Shown here: piece by piece, positions 1-9,258 of the stretch
Position numbering within the stretch: position 1 is the stretch's first letter
Layout: each line of letters opens with the position of its first letter
NCBI GenBank assembly: GCA_018399355.1
Contig: JAGYOA010000001.1
Span: forward strand, 1-49,740
DNA length: 49,740 nucleotides
Reading direction: 5' to 3'
From: Candidatus Woesearchaeota archaeon
GTDB lineage: Archaea; Nanobdellota; Nanobdellia; Woesearchaeales; CG1-02-33-12
Notes under the pieces: generated by a model
Told to the model about the DNA's origin: nothing
What the model saw: the letters and a program-made list of their open reading frames with translations, nothing else
The model's database searches: none
Made by a program: the position numbers and the translations under genes

Positions 1-2
1 AG

Positions 3-290
3 CTTGAGGTTATTGCCGGCTCATATGACGGCTCTGTTTATGTGCTTGATGCAGAAGGATCATTCCTGCTGGATTACATGCCAGGAATATCAGGAATAAC
101 ACAGCAGCCCGGGCATTATGATGATGTAATAACTGCAAAGCCTGGAAATTATATTGGAAAGAAAATATGGGAATACAAGACAGAGGGAATGATAATAGGC
201 TCAGCATTGATAAATGGCAAAAAAACAAAAAAGATAATAGTTGGAATAAAAGACGGTAAGATTGACAATTTATCTTATAAGAAAGATTAA
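3..290 (+). CDS. C-terminal part of an FG-GAP/VCBS-like repeat (beta-propeller) protein, truncated by the window edge
   Basis: The frame of ORF 42..290 is open back to position 3 and reads LEVIAGSYDGSVYVLDAEG, an FG-GAP-like repeat. A second similar unit is KIIVGIKDGKI. Confidence 0.6.
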   Translation, partial: LEVIAGSYDGSVYVLDAEGSFLLDYMPGISGITQQPGHYDDVITAKPGNYIGKKIWEYKTEGMIIGSALINGKKTKKIIVGIKDGKIDNLSYKKD

Positions 291-302
291 CTGGAGGTAA
301 AA

Positions 303-1115
303 ATGGCAAAAAAATCAGAAAAAAAAGAAAAAATGGAAAGAATCAAGCTTTATATAGACGGTTTTGACCAGCAAATGGAAGGAGGAATACCAAAAGGCCA
401 TGTTACATTAATCTGCGGAACAGCTGGAACAATGAAAAGCAGTTTGGCATTTAATACACTTTACAATGAGGCATTAAACGGAAAAACAGGGCTTTATGTT
501 TCCCTTGAGCAATCAGCAAACTCACTTTTAGAGCATGCTGAAAATATGGGTTTTGATTTGTCAAAAATCAACCTTGTAACAATTTCAGACATATCAAAAT
601 TAAGCTCAAATATAAGCAGTATAAAATCAAGCAAAGGCGGCTCACTAATAATATCAGACCTTGGATCAATAAGAAAGCAGGTAAAGGGAACAAAGATAGG
701 CCCAAGTGGGGACTGGCTGAATGTAATAAAAAACATAATAAAAAAGCTAAAAGAAAAAACAGAATGCGACCTTTTTGTCCTTGATTCATTGTCTGCATTG
801 TATGTCTTATCAAATTTTGACGACCCCAGAACAAAGCTTTTCTACATATTCGAATTTTTAAGGGACATAGGATTGACAACTTTCTTGATATCGGAAATGC
901 CTTTAAACAAAAGCAAGTACAGTGAGTATGAGGTTGAGGATTACTTAGCAGATGGAATAATATTAATCCAGCTTACAGAAAGATTCAGAAAAGTTGTAAG
1001 GGAATTATCTGTAGTAAAGATGAGGTCAACTAACTGCAATACTGACGTCTTTACCCTTGAATACAAAAACAAGAAATTTTATGCAACACAAGGAGGAAAG
1101 CCCCCTATTGTATAA
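303..1115 (+). CDS. Single-domain KaiC-like RecA-superfamily ATPase
   Basis: GGIPKG lead-in, Walker A GTAGTMKS, YVSLEQ, Walker B FVLDSLS, LADGII and VVKMRST. SD GGAGGT lies upstream. Confidence 0.9.
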   Translation: MAKKSEKKEKMERIKLYIDGFDQQMEGGIPKGHVTLICGTAGTMKSSLAFNTLYNEALNGKTGLYVSLEQSANSLLEHAENMGFDLSKINLVTISDISKLSSNISSIKSSKGGSLIISDLGSIRKQVKGTKIGPSGDWLNVIKNIIKKLKEKTECDLFVLDSLSALYVLSNFDDPRTKLFYIFEFLRDIGLTTFLISEMPLNKSKYSEYEVEDYLADGIILIQLTERFRKVVRELSVVKMRSTNCNTDVFTLEYKNKKFYATQGGKPPIV

Positions 1116-1166
1116 AAATCTGAAAACAACAGAAAACAATAAATATAGTTAATTCTTTTTTATTTT

Positions 1167-1952
1167 ATGGAAAAAATAACCCTTGACATCAAAAAATCTG
1201 TTGAACAGAACGCTTCTGTTTATTTTGAGAAATCAAAAAAATCCAAGAAAAAGCTTGAGGGAGCCTTAATTGCCTTAAAGAAAAGCAGGGAAAAACTTAA
1301 AGCATTAAAGGAAAAAAAGGAAACAACAGAGAAAAAAATACAAGAAATAAAAAAAGCAAAACCAAAAAAAGAATGGTATGAAAAGTTCAGGTGGTTTTAC
1401 AGCTCTGAGGGATTTTTGTGCATAGGTGGAAGGGATGCAACAACAAATGATATAATAATTAAAAAGCATGCTGAGAATGATGATATTGTTTTTCACACAG
1501 ATATGGCGGGCTCGCCTTTCTTTGTTATAAAAGCAGACAATAAAAAAATAGGAGAAGCCACAATGCAGGAAGCGGCTCAGGCAACTGCTTCATACAGTAG
1601 AGGATGGCGCCTTGGTCTTTCAACTCTTGATGTTTTTTATGTAAAGCCCGAGCAGCTTACAAAAACACCCAGAGCAGGAGAATATATTGGAAAGGGTGCA
1701 TTTATTGTAAAGGGAAAAACAGAGTATTTACATCCAAATTTACAGGCTGCAATTGGAATTAAAAATGAAAAAATAATTGGGGGGCCTGTAAACGCAATAA
1801 AGAAAAATTCTGATAAGTTTGTGATAATTAATCAAGGAAAAGAAAAAGCAAGCGACACAGCAAAAAAAATAATGAAGATTATAGGCGGTAATCTTGATGA
1901 TATAATTTCTTTCATCCCTCCTGGCGGATCTAAGGTGCAAAAACCAAAATGA
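1167..1952 (+). CDS. NFACT RNA-binding domain (DUF814) protein, N-terminally reduced RqcH/Rqc2 homologue
   Basis: NASVYFEKSKK coiled coil, WYEKFRWF, GGRDATTND, FHTDMAGSPF and GEYIGKGAF motifs. Confidence 0.88.
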   Translation: MEKITLDIKKSVEQNASVYFEKSKKSKKKLEGALIALKKSREKLKALKEKKETTEKKIQEIKKAKPKKEWYEKFRWFYSSEGFLCIGGRDATTNDIIIKKHAENDDIVFHTDMAGSPFFVIKADNKKIGEATMQEAAQATASYSRGWRLGLSTLDVFYVKPEQLTKTPRAGEYIGKGAFIVKGKTEYLHPNLQAAIGIKNEKIIGGPVNAIKKNSDKFVIINQGKEKASDTAKKIMKIIGGNLDDIISFIPPGGSKVQKPK

Positions 1953-2206
1953 TAAATAAAAAAGAATTAAAATATAAAGCAAAATCAATACAGCCTGTAA
2001 TGAGAATCGGCAAGAGCGGGCTAACTGAAAATGCAATAAAAGAGATAAAGAAACAGCTTAAAAAGAAAAACCTGATTAAAATTAAGTTTCTTAGAAGCTT
2101 TATATCAGATAGAAACAAAAAACAGGCTGCAAATGAAATTGCAGAAAAAACTGAATCAATTCTTATCGACTCAGTAGGTTTTGTTGTGGTTTTGTGGAAA
2201 GATTAA
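1949..2206 (+). CDS. yhbY: YhbY/CRM-domain RNA-binding protein
   Basis: PVMRIGKSGLT, LIKIKF and VGFVVVL motifs. ATGA overlap with the upstream gene. Confidence 0.9.
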   Translation: MINKKELKYKAKSIQPVMRIGKSGLTENAIKEIKKQLKKKNLIKIKFLRSFISDRNKKQAANEIAEKTESILIDSVGFVVVLWKD

Positions 2207-2919
2207 TCAAGGATTTTTTCTGCATCCTGAATTTTTTCTGTGTTATTCTTTATTTTCTTGATTAAATCAGTATTTTTTAGTTTTTTCTCAATTAAATTTA
2301 TTTTATCTTCATTTAAATTGCCAAAGGCTTTTTTTGCAAGTTTTATTTTTTCTTCTTCAAATCTTTTAAAATCCCTATTGTTTTGAATTCCTCTGTATTT
2401 TTCAACTATTTTTTTGTATTCTTTATCTCCATTTAAATTGATAGAGTGATTTATTTGAATTTCATCTAGAATCCTGTCTGTGAATTCGCCTTCCTCTATA
2501 AGTGCTTCTCCAATTACTTTTACATAATCACTATATTTTTTCAGTTCTTTATCATCAATGCTTATATCTCTCATGCATTCATAAGATTCATCAATAATGT
2601 CCTTATTTCCTGATTTAAATGCATGTACTAAAACCCAATATGGAAAGAGCCTGCAGTTAAGGGGTCTTGCATTATAAACAGAGCATTTCCCGTCTTTTCT
2701 AAGATCGCATGGCATATTAATTCCAAATTCATAACTGAATTTTTCAGGGTTTTCCGGGTCGCCAAAGGCATTTATACCTATAAAATTTTTCAATATATAT
2801 CTTATTGGTTTTTTCATTAAATCAGAAATTCTTATTATATCACCAACAGTGACATTAATTTGAGAATAGTAAGAATTGCAGCATTTTCCGCAGTTAAGAC
2901 ATTGAAACTTAGATTTCAT
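2203..2919 (-). CDS. YkgJ-family (CxxCxxCC) cysteine-cluster protein
   Basis: FQCLNCGKCC, PCDL, CSVYNARPLNCRLFP. Confidence 0.88.
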   Translation of the reverse strand: MKSKFQCLNCGKCCNSYYSQINVTVGDIIRISDLMKKPIRYILKNFIGINAFGDPENPEKFSYEFGINMPCDLRKDGKCSVYNARPLNCRLFPYWVLVHAFKSGNKDIIDESYECMRDISIDDKELKKYSDYVKVIGEALIEEGEFTDRILDEIQINHSINLNGDKEYKKIVEKYRGIQNNRDFKRFEEEKIKLAKKAFGNLNEDKINLIEKKLKNTDLIKKIKNNTEKIQDAEKILD

Positions 2920-2925
2920 TTAATG

Positions 2926-3426
2926 CTAAAACCTGTATAGATTAAGGAATGATTTTATCGTTGTGTGTAGATGGTTAAGGTCTTCTGAAACCTGCGCCTT
3001 AAAACTTGCTGTGTATCCCTTATAAACAAATTTATCAAATAATGTCCTCATAAAAACATAGGTTGGCTTTCCTTCCCATTTGTTTTCATAGTCTGTCGTA
3101 AGGTAACCGTCAAAAACCATCTTTATTGTTCCCTGGTTCATCTTTATCTTATGGCCATCTTTCTCAACTTCAACCTCTTTCAGGTTTTCCATTACAAGAG
3201 TTATTTTAATTTCTATTTTTGCGTAGTCTGTTATTTTTTTCCATGGCATAAGCCATACTTCTACAAATTTTCCTTCTGGTTTTACAAACTCAACATTCTT
3301 TACTTCTCTTTTATCATACTGCTTTTCTCTGAACCATCTGTCAAAAGTAAGGTAGAGTTCGTTCACATCAAAAAGTCCTTCATATTGAAGCCTTAGTTCG
3401 TCTATTATTTTTTCCCTTTCTGCCAT
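2926..3426 (-). CDS. Hypothetical protein, paralogue 3 of a tandem triplet
   Basis: Probable ATG at 3426 (MAERE) with SD GGTGA overlapping the upstream stop. Contains LQYEGLFDVNELY and GYLTTDYENKW, shared with its neighbours. Confidence 0.8.
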   Translation of the reverse strand: MAEREKIIDELRLQYEGLFDVNELYLTFDRWFREKQYDKREVKNVEFVKPEGKFVEVWLMPWKKITDYAKIEIKITLVMENLKEVEVEKDGHKIKMNQGTIKMVFDGYLTTDYENKWEGKPTYVFMRTLFDKFVYKGYTASFKAQVSEDLNHLHTTIKSFLNLYRF

Positions 3427-3428
3427 TC

Positions 3429-3956
3429 TCACCACATATCAGTATATTCTGATCCTTTAGCTTCCATGCCAATACATTCTTTTGCAAGGTCATAAAGCTT
3501 TAATATATAATAATATAACTTATCCTCATATACATTGCTTATTTCGGGCTGGATTATATAATTTTCATATAGACTATTAAGCCATTTCAAAAAAGGCGTT
3601 GAATTCCATCTGTTTTGGTAGTCTGACTCAATATATCCCCCAAACCTAATTGTCATTCTTGCCTGATTCATTTTTTTCTTTTTGCCGTCCTTTATCACTT
3701 CTATTGTCTTAAGGTCCCATGTGTGTATATAAACAGTTACCCAAAACTTAAAATAATCAGTTTCCTTTCTGTATCCTTTTAATTCTATCTCGTCTTCTGT
3801 TCCACCCATTGCAGTGGGCTTGCTTTTATAGGTTGGCTCCTCTAGATAATAATCTCTTCTTGTAAACCACCTTCTCAATGTCTTATAAAGAAGTTCCATG
3901 TCAAAAATTCCTTTATACTTAAGAAGTTCATTGGGCATAGCATGTGTGTTTGACAT
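3429..3956 (-). CDS. Hypothetical protein, paralogue 2 of a tandem triplet
   Basis: Probable ATG at 3956 (MSNTHA), which removes the overlap with the upstream gene; a TATA-like TTTATATA lies just upstream. Contains LKYKGIFDMELLY and GYIESDYQNRW. Confidence 0.8.
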   Translation of the reverse strand: MSNTHAMPNELLKYKGIFDMELLYKTLRRWFTRRDYYLEEPTYKSKPTAMGGTEDEIELKGYRKETDYFKFWVTVYIHTWDLKTIEVIKDGKKKKMNQARMTIRFGGYIESDYQNRWNSTPFLKWLNSLYENYIIQPEISNVYEDKLYYYILKLYDLAKECIGMEAKGSEYTDMW

Positions 3957-3996
3957 AAAAAGAAAAATTGCGATTTTTATATATAAAGCTTTCGGA

Positions 3997-4572
3997 TTAT
4001 TCTCCAATGCTGCCTGGTGGCCAGAATCCTGCCTCTGCCTGGTCTTCTTCAACTCCTTTATATAATCTCCAGTAATCTTTTATTATATCCTGCAGTCTGT
4101 AAGCCTCCCTATAAAGCTCAACCTTCTGTTTTTCAAACTGCTGCTTCATAAGAACTTTCCAATAAAATGTTTCAAAATGCTTTAAAAGCCAGTGATTGCC
4201 CCATATTCCCTTATAGTCTGTAACAACCCTTGCATGAACCTGTATCTCAAGGTCGCATGTAACAACCTTTAATTTTCTCCCCTGATGAACAATCTCTGTA
4301 TCCTTGAATGGAGGAACGGCATGCCAGTCAATATCAAGCTCATACTTAAAATAGCTACTGTCATTAGGAACTTTATCAAGCCTCCACCATATCCAAAGCT
4401 CTTTTGCCCCTCCTGGAAATTCATGCTGGCCATGAAAAACCTCATTAAAATCAGGATCCTTGCCACTAAACCATCCGTCTTCCTGAGACCAATAATAAAG
4501 GTATTCATAAAGGGCTTTTATATCAAAAACCCCTTTATATTTTACTCTCCATTTTGCTGCAAGCATGGCCAT
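3997..4572 (-). CDS. Hypothetical protein, paralogue 1 of a tandem triplet
   Basis: VKYKGVFDIKALY and RVVTDYKGIW align with the two downstream genes. Confidence 0.8.
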   Translation of the reverse strand: MAMLAAKWRVKYKGVFDIKALYEYLYYWSQEDGWFSGKDPDFNEVFHGQHEFPGGAKELWIWWRLDKVPNDSSYFKYELDIDWHAVPPFKDTEIVHQGRKLKVVTCDLEIQVHARVVTDYKGIWGNHWLLKHFETFYWKVLMKQQFEKQKVELYREAYRLQDIIKDYWRLYKGVEEDQAEAGFWPPGSIGE

Positions 4573-4595
4573 AAAGAAAAAATTATTTACTGTCT

Positions 4596-5912
4596 TTATA
4601 AAATTTTCGAATTATTTTTATTTATGAAATTTTTGATGTCTTTAACCTTAATTTTTTTCTGCTGTCTTGTTTTAAGGTTTTTCACTGAAACAGATTTTTC
4701 TTTTATTTCATCCTCACCCATAATTCCAACATAGTCTATTCCAAGTGAATCAGCGTAGTTTATAGCAGCCCCCATTTTTCTCTCCTTTAAATCAATATCA
4801 ACATTTATTCCTTGGTTTCTTATTTCCTCAGCAATCTTAAAGCATTCATCAGCTGTATTTATAGGTATTATGTACAGCTGCGTGTTTGACTTTTTCAGGT
4901 TTTTTCTTGTTTCCTTTAATATCATTGCAATTCTTTCAAGTCCGAATGAAAAACCGACAGCAGGAATCTCATTCTTGCTCCCTATAAAAGAAGATATCAT
5001 ATTATCGTAACGCCCGCCTGCAAGAACAGCTGACTTTACAATGGATTTATCCTTAAGAAAAACCTCAATTGTAGTTCCAGTGTAATAATCAAGGCCTCTA
5101 GCAAGGCTAGGGTCAAGCTCAACAAAATCAATATCTATCTTTTTTAGGTATTCAAAAAGTTCTTTTATCTCGTTAAGTCCCTGTTTTCCCTTTTCTGATG
5201 AAACAACTTTTTTCAGAGATTCATATGTTTCTTTGTTATTTCTCTTTTTTGAAATCAATGAAACAACGCTGTTAACAATTTTTTTGTCCAACAATTCATT
5301 CAGCTCTTTTTTAACACCCTGAATTCCAATCTTGTCCATTTTATCAAGGCAGATTATAACATTTAATTTCTGGTTTTCCTTAACCCCTGCATAATCAAGT
5401 ATTCCATCAAGCAGTTTTCTGTTATTTATCTTAACAACTATGTTGCCCAGGCCAAGCTCTTTAAAGCACCTTTTCGCAAGTGCAAGAAGCTCTGCCTCTG
5501 CTTTCATATCATTTACTCCAAGAATATCAGCATCACACTGAGTGAAAATTCTATAACGCCCTTGTTCCGGCTGGGTTGGACCATCTCTAAATACTTCCCC
5601 TATTACATATCTCTTGAATGGAAATTTTATGTCTTTGTTTGAAGCAACAAACCTTGCCAAAGGCAGTGTCTGGTCAAACCTTAAAGCGAGCTTTCTTTTG
5701 CCCTGGTCTTGAAGAGTGAATATTTCTTTCTGTATTTCATCTCCTCCTTTGAATTTCATTGTTGACTCTCTTTCAATCATAGGGGTTTCAACAGGATTAT
5801 AGCCGTACATCTCAAAAACTCTTCTTAGAGTATCTTTTATTTCATTCCTCAGTATGGCATCCTCTGCATACCAGTCCTTTACTCCCTTTGCAATCTCGAA
5901 TTCTTTTGACAT
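4596..5912 (-). CDS. hisS: Histidyl-tRNA synthetase
   Basis: KGVKDW, ALRFDQTLPLAR, motif 2 FRDGP..GRYRIFTQCD, ARGLDYYTG, GGRYD, GFSFGLERI and a C-terminal anticodon-binding domain. Confidence 0.98.
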   Translation of the reverse strand: MSKEFEIAKGVKDWYAEDAILRNEIKDTLRRVFEMYGYNPVETPMIERESTMKFKGGDEIQKEIFTLQDQGKRKLALRFDQTLPLARFVASNKDIKFPFKRYVIGEVFRDGPTQPEQGRYRIFTQCDADILGVNDMKAEAELLALAKRCFKELGLGNIVVKINNRKLLDGILDYAGVKENQKLNVIICLDKMDKIGIQGVKKELNELLDKKIVNSVVSLISKKRNNKETYESLKKVVSSEKGKQGLNEIKELFEYLKKIDIDFVELDPSLARGLDYYTGTTIEVFLKDKSIVKSAVLAGGRYDNMISSFIGSKNEIPAVGFSFGLERIAMILKETRKNLKKSNTQLYIIPINTADECFKIAEEIRNQGINVDIDLKERKMGAAINYADSLGIDYVGIMGEDEIKEKSVSVKNLKTRQQKKIKVKDIKNFINKNNSKIL

Positions 5913-5940
5913 TGTAAATCATTTTTTATTCTTTATTAAA

Positions 5941-5990
5941 TGTTAATAAATCTTTTGATTTTTAAAGCTTTAGAAACTTATTTATATAAT
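5941..5990. promoter_or_regulatory. Divergent archaeal BRE/TATA promoters for hisS and ychF
   Basis: Plus strand GAAACTTATTTATATA about 25 nt before the ychF ATG. Minus strand CAAAAGATTTATTAA about 30 nt before the hisS ATG. Confidence 0.55.
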
Positions 5991-6010
5991 GTGTCCTGTA
6001 ATAAATTAAA

Positions 6011-7219
6011 ATGTTAGTCGGTGTTGTAGGAAAGGCAAATGTGGGCAAAAGCACTTTTTTTAAGGCCCTTACTTTAGCGAATGTTGAAATACAAAATTAT
6101 CCTTTTGCAACTATAAAGCCAAACCATGGAATTGGATATGTAAGAGTAGAGTGCGCAGACAAGTTCTTTAATGTACAGTGCAACCCAAGAGAAGGTTATT
6201 GTATAGACCACAACCGCTTTGTTCCTGTTGATTTAATAGATGTTGCCGGCCTTGTTCCTGGAGCTTATGAGGGTAAGGGAATGGGAAACCAGTTTCTGGA
6301 TGACTTAAGGCAGGCTGATGCTTTAATCCATGTTGTTGATGCCTCAGGCAGCACAAATGAAAATGGAGAGCCTGTTGAGCCCGGCTCATACGATCCATGC
6401 AATGACATAAATTTTCTTGAGGTTGAGCTTGACATGTGGTACTTAAGGCTAATAAAAAAAGGATGGGATAGGTTTGCCCGCGGAGTGCAGCAGGAAAAAG
6501 ACCATGACATAAAAATTGTTAAGGATCTTGCAAGCCATCTAAGCGGACTAAAGGTAACAGAAGATATGGTTGAAGAAGTGCTTAATAATCTAAAACTTGA
6601 TAGAAATAATATCCTCTCATGGACTGAGGAAGATTTAAAAAAAATATCAACAGAGCTCAGGAAAAAAACAAAAAAAATGATTATTGCGGCAAATAAAGTG
6701 GATATTAAAACATCGGAAAACAATATTGAAAAAATGAAAAAACAGTTTCCTGATTATATGATAATCAGCTGCAGCGCTGAGTCAGAGCTTGCATTAAGGG
6801 AAGCATCAAAAAACAACCTTATAAGATATATTCCCGGTGATTCTGATTTTCAGATAACTAACCCAGATGAATTAAATGAAAAACAAAAAAAAGCGCTTGA
6901 TTTCATAAAAAAAAATGTTCTTGAAAAATTTAAAAATACTGGAGTGCAGCAGGCAATTAACTCAGCTGTGTTTACGTTGCTTGAATACATAGCAATATTT
7001 CCAGGAGGAGTAAACAAGCTTGCTGACTCTGATGGCAATATCCTTCCTGACTGTTTTCTTATGCCTCCTGGAACAACTGCCCTTGACTTTGCTTATAAAC
7101 TGCATACTGATTTCGGAAAAAATTTCATAAAGGCAATAGATGTAAAAAAGAAAATGCCTGTTGGAAAAGAACATTTGCTGAAAAACCAGGATGTAGTCGA
7201 GATAATAAGCGGCAAATAG
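6011..7219 (+). CDS. ychF: Archaeal YchF/Obg-family translation-associated NTPase with TGS domain
   Basis: GKANVGKST, NYPFATIKPN, DVAGLVPGA, NKVD and TGS motif TALDFAYKLHTD. Confidence 0.95.
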   Translation: MLVGVVGKANVGKSTFFKALTLANVEIQNYPFATIKPNHGIGYVRVECADKFFNVQCNPREGYCIDHNRFVPVDLIDVAGLVPGAYEGKGMGNQFLDDLRQADALIHVVDASGSTNENGEPVEPGSYDPCNDINFLEVELDMWYLRLIKKGWDRFARGVQQEKDHDIKIVKDLASHLSGLKVTEDMVEEVLNNLKLDRNNILSWTEEDLKKISTELRKKTKKMIIAANKVDIKTSENNIEKMKKQFPDYMIISCSAESELALREASKNNLIRYIPGDSDFQITNPDELNEKQKKALDFIKKNVLEKFKNTGVQQAINSAVFTLLEYIAIFPGGVNKLADSDGNILPDCFLMPPGTTALDFAYKLHTDFGKNFIKAIDVKKKMPVGKEHLLKNQDVVEIISGK

Positions 7220-7266
7220 CGAAAGAATTATAAATAAAAAACCTTATTTAAACATAAGAGAGGTGA
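7220..7266 (+). promoter_or_regulatory. BRE/TATA and SD of the 7271 cluster
   Basis: CGAAAGAATTATAAATA followed by GAGGTGA just before the TTG start at 7271. Confidence 0.55.
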
Positions 7267-7270
7267 TTTT

Positions 7271-8701
7271 TTGGCTGATTTAAAGGAATTTGGATTTGAG
7301 GAAGAGAGAGCTGAAGATGCATATCTCGATAAAAACCTTCCTACAGGCTATCCTAAACCATTAAAAAGATACTGGCTGAGGTATGCAACAGCAAGCAAAT
7401 CCATTGAGGAAACATATTTCTGGGTGTTAAACTGCTTAAGGGTCAGCCTTGGATTCAAGGATATTGTAAAGATTATGGATATCTCGGCAGCATCGCCTCA
7501 CTCAACTTTCTTTGGAGTTTCAACACAGCGCGCAGGAGCTTATCAGGATAAAATTTCTCAATACCTTGCAACAATAGGAAAGATGGTTAAGGAGCTTTTC
7601 CAGATTGTTAGAGAATTAAGGGTGCTTGATGAAAGGCTGTCCTATTACAATGACAGCTTTGATTATCAGAGCGAAAGCAGAGAAAGCGCTGAAATAACCT
7701 TAAAAGGAATATGGATTGATATGGTTGAGGGCGGAGCAAAAAGTCCTGCATCTGTTTATGGAATGGCAAGGGAGCTTGAATTCACTGTGCTTCCAGATTT
7801 GTTTTTCAGCACGCATCCAAAAACAAGCAAAGATGTTGACAAGGCAGTGAATGAATTAAAGTTCAACAGAAAGGTTAAAGAAGTTGTTAAAAGAAAGTTG
7901 AGGGCATTTCTGGCATGGAAAGAAGAAACGTATAAAGAACTTAAAAACAGAAGAAAATTTACTTTAAAGTTTATGAGGCAGCATTATGATGTAATAAAGA
8001 TGTACATGAGCTGGGTAAAGCCATATTTAAAATATGTAAGGCTCTTGCGTTCCTCTGAAAAAAAGATGGACAGCCCAGATATCGTAGGGGCTTTTGAAAA
8101 TTCAATGGTTGAGATTGAGTTTCTTGCAAAAAGGCTTCCAGTAGAACCAACCTCAGGCAAAGTAAAAAATAAGATGTATAAGGCATGTGTGTTGATGAAT
8201 TTTCAGTTTTCAACAACTCCTGATATGAAATTTATAAGTGAAGGTTATCAGAGGGGCCCAATACATGCAGGCCAGGTTGACATAAAAATGAGGGCTTATG
8301 CCTGGACAGACAAACACATAGAAAAATACATTGCTTATAGGAACAAAGAAGATATGGAACTTTTAGGAGAGTTTGTTGATGGCTCAATTTCAGCTGCAAT
8401 GGATGCCCTCGGAGAAGAGTTTGAAAGATACCTCAAAGAATCAGGAGAGGAGGTTAAAGAAAAACAAGAGGAAAAGCCAAAGCAGGATTCAGTATTAGAT
8501 CCATTTTTATCTATATTTAATGGTTTTAAAGAAATAAAAACTGCCTTTGCAGGAACAGGCAGTGGCAGTAAAGATGAGGGTCCAAAGCTGACAAAAGTAC
8601 AGGAAGAAAATGAAAAAAAGGATGCTAAAGGAAATGCCACAGGAGCAATGTGGCTTGTATACAAGAATTTCAGAAAAGCTCATGGTATGATAAGTTGGTA
8701 A
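7271..8701 (+). CDS. Hypothetical protein, 476 aa; probable distant paralogue of the 2926-4572 triplet with a helical insertion
   Basis: Long ORF with TTG start and strong SD. C-terminal AGQVDIKMRAYAWTD resembles QGTIKMVFDGYLTTD of the triplet. Confidence 0.8.
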   Translation: MADLKEFGFEEERAEDAYLDKNLPTGYPKPLKRYWLRYATASKSIEETYFWVLNCLRVSLGFKDIVKIMDISAASPHSTFFGVSTQRAGAYQDKISQYLATIGKMVKELFQIVRELRVLDERLSYYNDSFDYQSESRESAEITLKGIWIDMVEGGAKSPASVYGMARELEFTVLPDLFFSTHPKTSKDVDKAVNELKFNRKVKEVVKRKLRAFLAWKEETYKELKNRRKFTLKFMRQHYDVIKMYMSWVKPYLKYVRLLRSSEKKMDSPDIVGAFENSMVEIEFLAKRLPVEPTSGKVKNKMYKACVLMNFQFSTTPDMKFISEGYQRGPIHAGQVDIKMRAYAWTDKHIEKYIAYRNKEDMELLGEFVDGSISAAMDALGEEFERYLKESGEEVKEKQEEKPKQDSVLDPFLSIFNGFKEIKTAFAGTGSGSKDEGPKLTKVQEENEKKDAKGNATGAMWLVYKNFRKAHGMISW

Positions 8702-8705
8702 AAAT

Positions 8706-9257
8706 ATGGGAGATGAAATAGATAAAATAAAAAACCTGTCTCCTGAAGAAAGGATAAAAAAACTAAAAGAGATTCAGGAAAAAAGCAAAAAAGATCTAAA
8801 TGAAGCTGAAAAGCTGATTAAGCAGTCTGTACAGGAAATGCAGATAACACAGGAAACAAAAAATATACCTATCCCAGAAAATAGAGAGGTTGATATAGAA
8901 AAATTATTTGTGCCTGAGACTATAGATGAGGTTATTCAAAAAGAAAAGCCAGAGGTTTCTGAAGAACAGCTAAAACAGCAGGCAGATTACAGCATATTAA
9001 CACAGGAACTAAGAAGACAATCAACAGAAAATGTAGTCAGTAGAGTGGAAGACCTTTACAACCAAGTAAGGCAGACAGGCAGCGTTACCAGAGAGCAGCT
9101 TAATGAAGCATATGCAGCGCAGACAGTTGCAAGGGAAAGGCAAAATGAAATTGGGAAAGGAACATATGCTGGAACCATAGGCGAAAGAGTGGCTGACCAG
9201 CTCAGCGCAGCCATGGGAATAGCAAACTGGATAAAAAATATGTATAAGACAAAATAA
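8706..9257 (+). CDS. Hypothetical helical/coiled-coil protein
   Basis: 183-aa ORF packed between neighbours (4-nt and 1-nt gaps). N-terminal LSPEERIKKLKE coiled coil. Confidence 0.75.
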   Translation: MGDEIDKIKNLSPEERIKKLKEIQEKSKKDLNEAEKLIKQSVQEMQITQETKNIPIPENREVDIEKLFVPETIDEVIQKEKPEVSEEQLKQQADYSILTQELRRQSTENVVSRVEDLYNQVRQTGSVTREQLNEAYAAQTVARERQNEIGKGTYAGTIGERVADQLSAAMGIANWIKNMYKTK

Positions 9258-9258
9258 A

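Noticed and set aside
303..1115. Circadian clock KaiC
   Set aside because: Single domain, with no KaiA or KaiB nearby.
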